This document shows positions 45,614 to 54,348 of a stretch of 64,000 bases of DNA, piece after piece (the stretch's first letter is position 1; every line of letters starts with the position of its first letter). A program made the translations under genes and the position numbers. Below the pieces are notes generated by a model. It worked only from the letters and a program-made list of their open reading frames with translations, was not told where the DNA came from and did not search any database. Origin of the DNA: a bacterium (GTDB taxonomy: Bacteria; Zhuqueibacterota; Zhuqueibacteria; Zhuqueibacterales; Zhuqueibacteraceae); contig JBIOXB010000230.1 of NCBI GenBank assembly GCA_044869275.1, forward strand, positions 1 through 64,000, given 5' to 3'.

Positions 45614-47200
45614 TTAATTCAATCCCAGCCACCAAAGTTTTTCCAGCCAAAGTCGCAAAAAAAGGCGCGTTTCATCGCGGCTCACTCCGGCCTGGTTTTC
45701 GAAATCATGATAGCGGCTATGCCCGGCGGCAAAAGCAAGATAAAAATCCCGGTGCGGATGCCAGCGCGCTTCCCCCTCGTAATGCGTGCTGCGCTCGACG
45801 ATGCCGCTGGGAAAAGCTTCGCTAAAAGTATCGCCTTCCGGTAGTACCTCGCGCCAAGGTGTGGAGAAAGCGGAATCGATGCGGCCCTCGCCGCGGCGGC
45901 GGCGCTCGAAAGAAAAGAGCAATTGCACATTTTTCCCGGCATATGCCCGTCCGTGCAACAGCCAGCGATCAAAATCATTGCCGAGAAAATGTGCCAGCGG
46001 CCGGTTGCGGTGCGTGAATTTTTCCCACGAGTTGAGCGAATTGTAGGTGCGATTGGCCACGCGCGTGTATTCGAAACCCACGGTCGCGCCGAAGAATTGC
46101 AGCGGGTCCGCGAAAACACCGCCAATCAACACGCCGAATTCCGTCGGCTCGCGATCGTCCTGGCGCGTTTTTTCGATTTGATGATCGTCCAGAACAAACT
46201 GGCCATAAAATTCCACGCGATCGCGCGGGCGCAACACCCAGTCGAATCCTAAGGAGGTGTTGCCCTTGCGTGCTTCGTTGAGTTGTTCACCGTGAAAAAC
46301 CGCCAGCGGATTCAAATAATACCATTCGAACCCGCGCTCCGGGCCGCCGTACAAGACCATTTGCGTCACCGCGAGCCTGAGCAAACTCGGATGTGGCAGC
46401 CACTCCACGCGCACGGCGGAAAAATAACGCTCGGCGAAATCGCGGCCATACAATTGACGCAACGAATCCGCGAGCGCGGTGGGGTTCAGCTTGGCGGCGG
46501 CGTACTCCAGCCGCAAGTGCTTGAGTCTGACACCCGCATAAAATTGATCCAGGGGGCGCGCCTCGTCCGAGATGAGCAATGAAGCATCGTGGCCCCGTCC
46601 CCATTGCAGAAAATCACGGCCAAATTTAACCAGATATTTGTCGAAATGCAAGGAAACGTAAGCCTGCTCGGTGAAGCCCGCGAAGCCGCGCCAGCGCTTG
46701 CCGAGGTAACTCGGATCATCGCGCAATTCCTGATCCATGCGGATGGAATTCACCAGGGCGACGTGGCGATCGGGGAAAATGCCGATCTGCGTGCGCAACG
46801 CGGCGCGGGAGCGTGAAAACTCGCCGAACTTTCCGGCCTTCTCCTGCCCACGACCGCCGGCCTGCAGCCAGGATTGGCCCGAGCCGGGCACGGCAACGAA
46901 TTCCTGCAAGCGTTGCCGCCAAAAACTCTCCGCAGCCGATAGGCTTTGTGCGGAGAGCGTGTCCGCAAAGCTGGCAAACTCGCCGGTGGTAATAGGCTGC
47001 CGGTCGAAATACCAAGCGGCCTGCCGGTGGCGCAGCGCGAGCTGCTGCGCATAATCATAGGCCCAATGATCCGCCGGAACCGAGGCCTGGTGTTGCGCGC
47101 GAAGAAGGGCTGCGTTTGTCGCCAGCAACTGCAAGGCCAGAAACCATGCGATCCGGTGCGGCAATCTCGCCGCGCGCGCGGGAAATACTACCTTCATCAT
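45614..47200 (-). CDS. Capsule assembly Wzi-family outer-membrane protein
   Basis: Signal peptide, KFGRDFLQWGRGHDASLLISD, WYYLNPL, FYGQFVLDD, FEYTRV; located in a polysaccharide cluster. Confidence 0.72.
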   Translation of the reverse strand: MMKVVFPARAARLPHRIAWFLALQLLATNAALLRAQHQASVPADHWAYDYAQQLALRHRQAAWYFDRQPITTGEFASFADTLSAQSLSAAESFWRQRLQEFVAVPGSGQSWLQAGGRGQEKAGKFGEFSRSRAALRTQIGIFPDRHVALVNSIRMDQELRDDPSYLGKRWRGFAGFTEQAYVSLHFDKYLVKFGRDFLQWGRGHDASLLISDEARPLDQFYAGVRLKHLRLEYAAAKLNPTALADSLRQLYGRDFAERYFSAVRVEWLPHPSLLRLAVTQMVLYGGPERGFEWYYLNPLAVFHGEQLNEARKGNTSLGFDWVLRPRDRVEFYGQFVLDDHQIEKTRQDDREPTEFGVLIGGVFADPLQFFGATVGFEYTRVANRTYNSLNSWEKFTHRNRPLAHFLGNDFDRWLLHGRAYAGKNVQLLFSFERRRRGEGRIDSAFSTPWREVLPEGDTFSEAFPSGIVERSTHYEGEARWHPHRDFYLAFAAGHSRYHDFENQAGVSRDETRLFLRLWLEKLWWLGLN

Positions 47201-47216
47201 GATGCTGACGTCCTTG

Positions 47217-48662
47217 TCAAGTTCCTTCCTTCATTTGTGCGACAGGCTCGCGTTCGTTCTGGGTATTAGGCTTCGCCGGCGGAGACACGAGTTTGCGCCT
47301 GGCCACTTCGCGTTTCAATTCAGCCCAGGCAGCGTGCATTGCCGAGGGCGTTTGGCGCTTTTCGGCGCGGCGGAGCAGGCGTGCCCACAGGCCCGGCGCA
47401 GGGCCTTTTTCAAATTGCTCCTGCATGATCGCGGCGTACTGTTGCGCGATGATTTGCAGCGTAAAACGTCTTTCGAACTGTGCGCGGGCCCGGCGGCCGG
47501 CCAGGACGCAGCGGTCGGGATGGCGCACGAGCTCTTTGAGCCTGGCCACAATCGCGCCTTGGTCGTGATCTTCATCAAAATGCCAGCCGCATTCCGTTTC
47601 GCGAATCAGATCGAGCAATTCGCACGGCTTGCTCGCGAGTCCCAGCAGGGCGCGGCCGCTGGCCATGTACGTGTAGATTTTCGAGGGCACACCGAGGCCG
47701 ATCACCTCGCGCTCCTGCGAGACCACGGCAAGATCGGCGGCCGCGAGCGAATGTTCCATCAGCTCACGCGGCTGATAGGGAAAGAACAGGACATTTTGCA
47801 GTTTTTTTTGCCGCGCGGTTTCGCGCAGTTTTTCTTTTTTCGCGCCTTCGCCGATGAAGACAAACCGCACCGGCTCGTCCTGCACTTCCGCCGCCACTTC
47901 CAGCAGGATTTCCAGGCGCTGCCGCCAGCCCATGTTGCCGGAAAACAGAACCACGAACTTATCCAGCAAATCGTGCGCGCGTGCGAAGTGGCTTTCCGAT
48001 TTCGGCATGTGCCGCACCACACGGGGGTCGCACCAATTGTGTATGACGACAGCAGGCGCTTCGGCGTATCGCGCCAGCACCGACCGTTGCATATAGCTTC
48101 CGAGGCAGATCGCGACGTCGGCCCGCTGCAAAATCCAGGTATTCATGCGCCGCCACGCATGATCGAGCAAGCTGCCTTCGCGCAATACACCGACGGCGCA
48201 AGAAAGCTCGGGATGCAAATCATAAAACAGCGCGATGAAACGCTGGCCGCGCAGCCACTTCATCAGTGCGCCGACGAGGTGCAACATGGGCGGATTGGTG
48301 CCAATGAGCAAGGGCACGCGGCGCGGCAGGCGCAGCGCGAGAAAAGCCAGGCTCAAGGTCGCCCAAATCCAATTCAGCGCCTCGCCTTTGCGGTTGGTGC
48401 GCGCAAAAGGCAGTCGCGGCAAGCGCATGACCCGCACGCCCTCGCGCATTTCGCGCCAGGGCGCGCGCGGCGCGTCTTTCACATAACCGGGCTGCAAAGT
48501 GCAGATGCAAATATCCGCATGATGGTGCGCCAGTTCGCCCGCCAACTCCGCAAACAACTGTGCGCTGGAGCCCACGTCGGGCGCGTATTGCTCGCTGAGG
48601 AAAGCAATGCGGTATTTTTTCTGCGCGCCAAGAAGTCTTTGCTTTTTCTGTAGAGCTTTCAC
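47217..48662 (-). CDS. Glycosyltransferase family 4 (WbuB-like)
   Basis: SEQYAPD, TNPP, DLHPE, VIHNW, FSGNMG, VPSKIYTYMASGR. Confidence 0.9.
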   Translation of the reverse strand: MKALQKKQRLLGAQKKYRIAFLSEQYAPDVGSSAQLFAELAGELAHHHADICICTLQPGYVKDAPRAPWREMREGVRVMRLPRLPFARTNRKGEALNWIWATLSLAFLALRLPRRVPLLIGTNPPMLHLVGALMKWLRGQRFIALFYDLHPELSCAVGVLREGSLLDHAWRRMNTWILQRADVAICLGSYMQRSVLARYAEAPAVVIHNWCDPRVVRHMPKSESHFARAHDLLDKFVVLFSGNMGWRQRLEILLEVAAEVQDEPVRFVFIGEGAKKEKLRETARQKKLQNVLFFPYQPRELMEHSLAAADLAVVSQEREVIGLGVPSKIYTYMASGRALLGLASKPCELLDLIRETECGWHFDEDHDQGAIVARLKELVRHPDRCVLAGRRARAQFERRFTLQIIAQQYAAIMQEQFEKGPAPGLWARLLRRAEKRQTPSAMHAAWAELKREVARRKLVSPPAKPNTQNEREPVAQMKEGT

Positions 48663-48671
48663 TTTTGCGAA

Positions 48672-50078
48672 TCAGTAGGCGTTCTTATCGATCAGACCGT
48701 GCGCCACGGTCATGAAAATGATCTTGAGATCCAAGGCGAATGACCAGTTCTCGATATAATACAAATCGTGCTCCACGCGTTTTTTGATCGAGGTATCGCC
48801 GCGCCAGCCATTGACTTGCGCCCAGCCAGTGATGCCGGTTTTGACCTGATGGCGCACCATGTAGGAGGGCACTTCACTTTTGAATTGCTGCGCGAAAAAT
48901 GGCCGCTCCGGCCGCGGCCCCACCACGCTCATGTCGCCTTTCAAGACATTGATGAACTGCGGCAATTCGTCCAGGCTGGTGCGGCGCAGGAAAGCGCCGA
49001 GCAGCGTGACGCGAAGATCGTTGGGCCTGGTCCACGTGGTGTCGCTGCTGTCTTCGGTTTGCTGCCGCATGGTGCGAAATTTCATCATGCGAAACGGCCG
49101 GCGATTCGCACCATAGCGTTCTTGCGAGAAAAAGACCGGGCCGGGCGAGGTCAATTTTACCAGCACCGTGATGAGTAACAAAAGTGGTGAGGTGGCGGTC
49201 AAAATGACGGCTGAGAAAACGACGTCGAAAATGCGCTTGCCGATGCGATAATTGAGAGAGTCGACCGGCGTGGCGCGCACGCTCACCAGCGGCAGCCCGG
49301 CGAAGTTCTGCACTTTCGTGCGCGGCTGAATGAATTTAAAAAAGTCCGGCACGATGTCCGCGGCCACGCCTTCCTGTTCGCACACTTTCACGATCTTGGA
49401 GATTTTGCGAATGGCCTGCATGGGCAGGGCGATAATCACCTTGTCGACGTTGTGGCGTTCGATGGCTTGCGCGACGTCCTTGGTCTTGCCCAGGACTTTG
49501 AGGTCGAGCTTGTTCTTGAAGATGCCGGGCGCGTGGTGATCGTCTAACAAGCCCACGATGTGATAGCCCATCTCCGGATGCGTGAGCACGCGCTGTGCCA
49601 CGCGCCGGCCAAGCGGCCCGGCGCCCACGATCAACACCCGGCGCAGATTGTAGCCGCGCTTGCGCAGATGATGCAAAATCGCGCGCAACGTCACGCGCTC
49701 GCTGAAAATCAGTACGAAATTCAACACGCCGAACCACACGAAGGTCAGGCGTGAGTAGGAAATTTCGCGGTAAAAAAAGGTGAACGCGCATATGAAAATT
49801 ACGCCGGTGGTGAGGCTGAAGAGCAACGGGCGAAAATCCGCAAAAATGCCCTGATGGCGCCGCGATTGATACACGCGAAAAAACGAAAACAGGCCCGGCC
49901 ACAACGGCAGAATGCAGGCGAGCACGATGGTGTATTGCATGCGCTGATGCGGCCGCGCTTGTTCCAGCAAGCCAGTCTCGAAACGGAGCCAATAGGCAAG
50001 ATAAAAGGTGGCGGCGGTGAGAAACAAATCACCGACTGCCAGCATAAAGATCAGTTTGTGAGAATATTTCTTGAACAT
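48672..50078 (-). CDS. Undecaprenyl-phosphate glucose phosphotransferase (WcaJ-like initiating enzyme)
   Basis: KRIFDV, KFRTM, LRRTSLDELPQFINVLKGDMSVVGPRPERP, GITGWAQVNG, DLYYIENWS. Confidence 0.93.
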   Translation of the reverse strand: MFKKYSHKLIFMLAVGDLFLTAATFYLAYWLRFETGLLEQARPHQRMQYTIVLACILPLWPGLFSFFRVYQSRRHQGIFADFRPLLFSLTTGVIFICAFTFFYREISYSRLTFVWFGVLNFVLIFSERVTLRAILHHLRKRGYNLRRVLIVGAGPLGRRVAQRVLTHPEMGYHIVGLLDDHHAPGIFKNKLDLKVLGKTKDVAQAIERHNVDKVIIALPMQAIRKISKIVKVCEQEGVAADIVPDFFKFIQPRTKVQNFAGLPLVSVRATPVDSLNYRIGKRIFDVVFSAVILTATSPLLLLITVLVKLTSPGPVFFSQERYGANRRPFRMMKFRTMRQQTEDSSDTTWTRPNDLRVTLLGAFLRRTSLDELPQFINVLKGDMSVVGPRPERPFFAQQFKSEVPSYMVRHQVKTGITGWAQVNGWRGDTSIKKRVEHDLYYIENWSFALDLKIIFMTVAHGLIDKNAY

Positions 50079-50085
50079 GGCATCC

Positions 50086-52242
50086 TTACTGCACAAAGAA
50101 AAGCGGCTGCTCGTTCACGGAAATCTTGGTGCTGGCTGGGAAAACCTTGCGATTGCCCAGCATGTCGAACGCTTCGGCGCGCGCGAGCGGCTCGGGTAGC
50201 GCAAAAGAAATTTGGCCCTCGGCGCGCCACAACACGCTGGCGCGCCGGTTGTCGGAGCGCCGGAAGTGCAGCAGGTAAAGGCTGCTGTCGGCCAGAGCCT
50301 CGCGCGCTTCGAATTTGGCGTCGCCCAGGAGCTGTGCCAGAGTGGTGTAAGCCAGCAGCGCCGGCTTGGGCCGCGAGGCCCATCCTTCTTCCAGCAAGCC
50401 CATGAGATCCGAGCTGCGATTGAGGCGCTCGCTGTCCATGGCATAACAGAAGAAGTATTTGATACCTGCCATCCTGCTCAGGCACGCCGTGCGCAAGAGA
50501 TAAGTAGCATAGGTCAATTCCTCCGCCACGAGCGGGCGTAACGGCGGATTGTACTCTATTGCCAAATTGATGATCTCGGTATTTTGGCAGCCGTATTCCG
50601 TAATCCAAAGATCAGGCTCTTGCTGTCCTTGCTGCCGGAAGAGAGCGCGAATCTCGCTGCCGCGCTGCGCCAAGGCGGCTTGTTCGGGCGTCTTGTTCCA
50701 ATAGGGATGAAAGGAAAACGCATTCAACTCACTGCGGGGCTGGCCGGCCAAGGCTTCGCTCACAAAAGCCGGCGTTTCCGGCGCGAAAAATTTGGCAACG
50801 GCAAAACCGGCGATTTCCGCGCCTGGCTGCACCGCTCGAATTTCGGCAGCCGCGCTGGACAAGAGCACGCCGTATTCCGCCGCGGTGCCGTCAAAATAGC
50901 GCGGCAAATTCGGTTCATTCCAGATCTCCCAGCCGGAAATGCGCCCGCGATAACGTTCGGCAACGGTGCGCACATAATGGCGATAGTCTGCCAGCGAGGA
51001 GGGCATCTTGTTTTGAATCGGCCAGCCTTTTGCTTTTTCCGGCGGCACCGCCCACTTGGGCGTGAAGCCGAGCTTGCCGAGCGCGTGAAAATCTTGCGCC
51101 TGTAAATAATCGAGCAAAGAATCCGGCCATTGCCACTGCCCCGGTTGCGGCTCCACTATATCCCAGTGCAAATTCGCCAGATTGCGCACGTGGCGAATGC
51201 CGGCCGCCCGCAACACCGGCAAGCAAAGTTCCAGATTTCTGCTATTGAGATGCATGCCCCAAACCGGCACAGTGGCGGGCGCTTTGGGCAAATCAAAACT
51301 CGCCGCGGCAACGCGCGTCTGGCCGCTTTGCACCTTGCCGCCCTTTTCATCAACCACTGCCCAAGACAAATCATAAACGTCCGCATGCGGCAAGTCGAGG
51401 GGAAGGGATGCGCTATAGACGTCGTGCGCGGCAATCTCGAATGGCTTATCGAACGCGCGTTCATCGCCGTGCAGGCGAGCGCGCTGCTTGACGGCCAGGC
51501 GCAGTTTGCGCGGCCGGGCCGAGTGATTCGCCGCAAGCAACGTGACATCGGCTTTGCCGGCATCGGCGCGCACCACCAGCTCTTCGCCGGGCTGCAAAGC
51601 CGCTTCGATCTCGGGCATGACAGTGCAGGGTTGCTGGCGGTGCAAGATTTCAGCGCTGTCAATCCAATACACCACTGCTTCGGAAAACTTCACGACAAAA
51701 CGGTAATTGTCCTTTTCCGCCGGAGGCAATGTTCCGGAGACCTTGAAATGCGTCCAGGCCGCAGTGCACGCAAACTCCTGGCCGTCCCCGGCCATGTTCT
51801 GCTGGCCGCTGCGCATGCCTTCATTGGAGGTGGCATTGAACACCCGCAGCGTAATTTTGGCGCCTGGCCGCGCGCTTCTGGCATAGATGGAAAAGGAGTA
51901 TTCGCCGCCGCCTTGCAGCGTGAGCCAGGGTGTGACCAAATGGAAGGCGCCGTCTTTCTCCAGGCGTCTGCGCTTTTGTAAATCGATTTTAAGCGCGCAG
52001 CGGCCGGCCTGCGGCGCCACGGTGTCTGCACTCACGCTGGCGCCCACCACGCCGGCGGAAATTTTTTTCCAATAGGCCGATCCCAGCTCGAAGCCGGGGT
52101 TCAACACTTCAAATTGGGGCTGGTGGACGCGCGGCGGACCCTCCTGGTTCGGCCGTTCGTTGCAAGGCGCACTCCCGGCGGACCACAACAGTGCAGCTCC
52201 GGCAAGAGCACAGCGCGCGATAGTGTCGAGTATATTTTTCAT
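50086..52242 (-). CDS. Secreted clan GH-A glycoside hydrolase (GH39-like) with an N-terminal CBM-like domain
   Basis: NPGFE CBM-like start; WEIWNEPN (acid/base), SFHPY, LWITEYG (nucleophile), PKPALLAY. Confidence 0.72.
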   Translation of the reverse strand: MKNILDTIARCALAGAALLWSAGSAPCNERPNQEGPPRVHQPQFEVLNPGFELGSAYWKKISAGVVGASVSADTVAPQAGRCALKIDLQKRRRLEKDGAFHLVTPWLTLQGGGEYSFSIYARSARPGAKITLRVFNATSNEGMRSGQQNMAGDGQEFACTAAWTHFKVSGTLPPAEKDNYRFVVKFSEAVVYWIDSAEILHRQQPCTVMPEIEAALQPGEELVVRADAGKADVTLLAANHSARPRKLRLAVKQRARLHGDERAFDKPFEIAAHDVYSASLPLDLPHADVYDLSWAVVDEKGGKVQSGQTRVAAASFDLPKAPATVPVWGMHLNSRNLELCLPVLRAAGIRHVRNLANLHWDIVEPQPGQWQWPDSLLDYLQAQDFHALGKLGFTPKWAVPPEKAKGWPIQNKMPSSLADYRHYVRTVAERYRGRISGWEIWNEPNLPRYFDGTAAEYGVLLSSAAAEIRAVQPGAEIAGFAVAKFFAPETPAFVSEALAGQPRSELNAFSFHPYWNKTPEQAALAQRGSEIRALFRQQGQQEPDLWITEYGCQNTEIINLAIEYNPPLRPLVAEELTYATYLLRTACLSRMAGIKYFFCYAMDSERLNRSSDLMGLLEEGWASRPKPALLAYTTLAQLLGDAKFEAREALADSSLYLLHFRRSDNRRASVLWRAEGQISFALPEPLARAEAFDMLGNRKVFPASTKISVNEQPLFFVQ

Positions 52243-54117
52243 TCAGAGTTTCTCTTTCAGATAGATCATTTTGCGCATCGCCACGGGACTTCCGTTCAAG
52301 CGCAGGCGATAAAAATAAACTCCGGCGGACAAATGGGGAGCGGCGAAACTGAAACGATAGCGCCCGGCCGGCTGATTCTCATTCACCAACGTTGCGACCA
52401 GTTGTCCGTTGAGGGCAAACACCTGAAGCTCGATCGCAGCGGGCTGCAACAGTTCATAACTGATGATCGTTGTGGCGGAGAAGGGATTGGGATGATTCTG
52501 CTCCAGCCTAAAAGTGACCGGCACCTGACCAACCTTCACTTCCAGGCTATTCGCGACGGTGACAAAAACCCAGGCGGTATCTCGCAGGCTTATTCCGCCG
52601 GCTACATAATAAAAACGATCACTGCCCATGAAAGTGGCAGCGGGCGTGTAGCGCACGCGCTGGCGATCCGGAGAGATTGCCAAAGACGCGTGTGGCGACG
52701 GACCAAGCGCGAGCAGGCGCAGGCTGTCCGGTACGGCTGCCAGGTCGTTCGCCAGCAGCGGCAATTCCGTGGTTTGGTCTTTGACGGCGGTGACATAATC
52801 GTGATTGATGGAAACGGTGGAGGGAGTCTGCGCCTGCGGCGCGCACAGCTCCTTGAAAGTCAGAAAAGTGAAACCCATCGAGTCGGCGTAGGCGATCAAT
52901 GCTTGCGCGTCACCGAGCAATGTCACTTCGCTGCCGGTATAGGCCGGCGAAGGCGCGGTGACGATCGCACCAAAATCAAAAATGAGAAGCCCCTTCATCG
53001 CAAAAGCGAGGTCCACTTGTGCCTTCATTTCAGCGAGCGTACGCGGGGTGCCGCCCACGTTTGGTCCGGCGCCGGCGGAAGTGGGGCGAAAGAAGCGCAA
53101 TTGCATGGGCTCATCGATGGGCAGTTCATTGGGCCGCTTATCCCCCTGCCGCCGCACGGTATAAAACCGGTTGAGCGCCTGAATCTCCGCGTAAATGACG
53201 GGGTTGATGTCATCGTTGGGGATTGAAAAACACCATGGCGCTGTAAACCCGGCCAGCTCGAACGGCGACAAATCATAAACCTGCATGCGTTCGCCGGCAG
53301 AGAGAGTCGTCAGCAAGCGATAAACAGCGCCGTGGTGCGTCGTGCTCCAGGCGTGTTGCTCAACCAACTCGCGAATGCGCGGCAGTCCGATATAGCGCGA
53401 CCAAATACCGGAGTCATTTCTGTCGTTTACCTTCTCATAAAGGGCAAAATCAAAGGTAAAATCGATATTGGCGCGGTAGCCTTGCGCCAACAGCCATGGC
53501 GTGAGCAGGCTGTCGGCAGTATTGCGATAATGATTGAAATGAATCACGGCGGCCGGCCCGCGCGGCCGAGTATATTTGATTTCGTCGATCCAAAAAACTT
53601 GTTCGACCGCGGCATTGAGCGCGCGAAAGGAAAGGCGTTGCACATGCGCGAGATCTTGTACTGCAGCGCCGCCAAATGGATTGAGGTAGAGCGAATAGCC
53701 GCGCTGGTGCCAGGCCTCCGGAGGCAAGTGTTTTCCGCTGGGGTGATAATACACTGGCTCATACAGGCGGAAGCCCTTGCCAGGCCCGATATAAAGATTG
53801 GCGACGATAGTTGCGGCATTGTTGTTGCGGCGGCAGGTGGTGTACAACACGCGACCGCGTAGGTCGATATCGATGAGCTGCAAATCCAGCATCACCGTGC
53901 CGCTGTTGGGCGGAATGGTCCATTTGATTGCACCGCCGGCCGTGCGATAGATGCTGCTGTCGATTTCGATCTTCGTGCCGGCCGAGGCTACCCAGTTTTG
54001 CAGTTGTGTGCCGCGGCTGAGATAGTTGTAACCCGTGGAATCCGGATTCCAATAATTTTGGCTGCAAACCCGCGTCGCTCCCGCCAACGCCAGCATTAGG
54101 AATAAGAACTTTTGCAT
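52243..54117 (-). CDS. Secreted protein with a possible polysaccharide deacetylase-like region, Ig-like domain and C-terminal sorting tail
   Basis: Signal peptide; IRELVEQHAWSTTHHG...L and TFLTFKE resemble NodB-type folds (weak); LANDL...RYTP..F.GSDRFYY Ig-like; QNHPNPF...AGVYFYRL tail. Confidence 0.55.
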   Translation of the reverse strand: MQKFLFLMLALAGATRVCSQNYWNPDSTGYNYLSRGTQLQNWVASAGTKIEIDSSIYRTAGGAIKWTIPPNSGTVMLDLQLIDIDLRGRVLYTTCRRNNNAATIVANLYIGPGKGFRLYEPVYYHPSGKHLPPEAWHQRGYSLYLNPFGGAAVQDLAHVQRLSFRALNAAVEQVFWIDEIKYTRPRGPAAVIHFNHYRNTADSLLTPWLLAQGYRANIDFTFDFALYEKVNDRNDSGIWSRYIGLPRIRELVEQHAWSTTHHGAVYRLLTTLSAGERMQVYDLSPFELAGFTAPWCFSIPNDDINPVIYAEIQALNRFYTVRRQGDKRPNELPIDEPMQLRFFRPTSAGAGPNVGGTPRTLAEMKAQVDLAFAMKGLLIFDFGAIVTAPSPAYTGSEVTLLGDAQALIAYADSMGFTFLTFKELCAPQAQTPSTVSINHDYVTAVKDQTTELPLLANDLAAVPDSLRLLALGPSPHASLAISPDRQRVRYTPAATFMGSDRFYYVAGGISLRDTAWVFVTVANSLEVKVGQVPVTFRLEQNHPNPFSATTIISYELLQPAAIELQVFALNGQLVATLVNENQPAGRYRFSFAAPHLSAGVYFYRLRLNGSPVAMRKMIYLKEKL

Positions 54118-54143
54118 GTGCCCGTCGTCGTTGAATAATGTTG

Positions 54144-54259
54144 AGCCTGTGTGAAAACTTGGGGATGCCGCACCTTGAGCTTGTCGAAGGGTGCCAAGCT
54201 CAAAAATCCGGCTTCGACAAGCTCAGCCGGCGTTGAAACCAAGCGTTTTTACACAGTCT
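54144..54259. mobile_element. MITE/REP-like element with nested inverted repeats
   Basis: Outer AGCCTGTGTGAAAAC / GTTTTTACACAGTCT; inner perfect 14-bp IR TGAGCTTGTCGAAG (54176-54189) / CTTCGACAAGCTCA (54212-54225). Confidence 0.68.
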
Positions 54260-54348
54260 GGTTACTTAAGATGGAATCTTGTGATCGGCTACCAGTCGTG
54301 CCATTCCCTCACCAAATTCCTGCTGACAGGTTGCTTGGAAGTTTCCAG

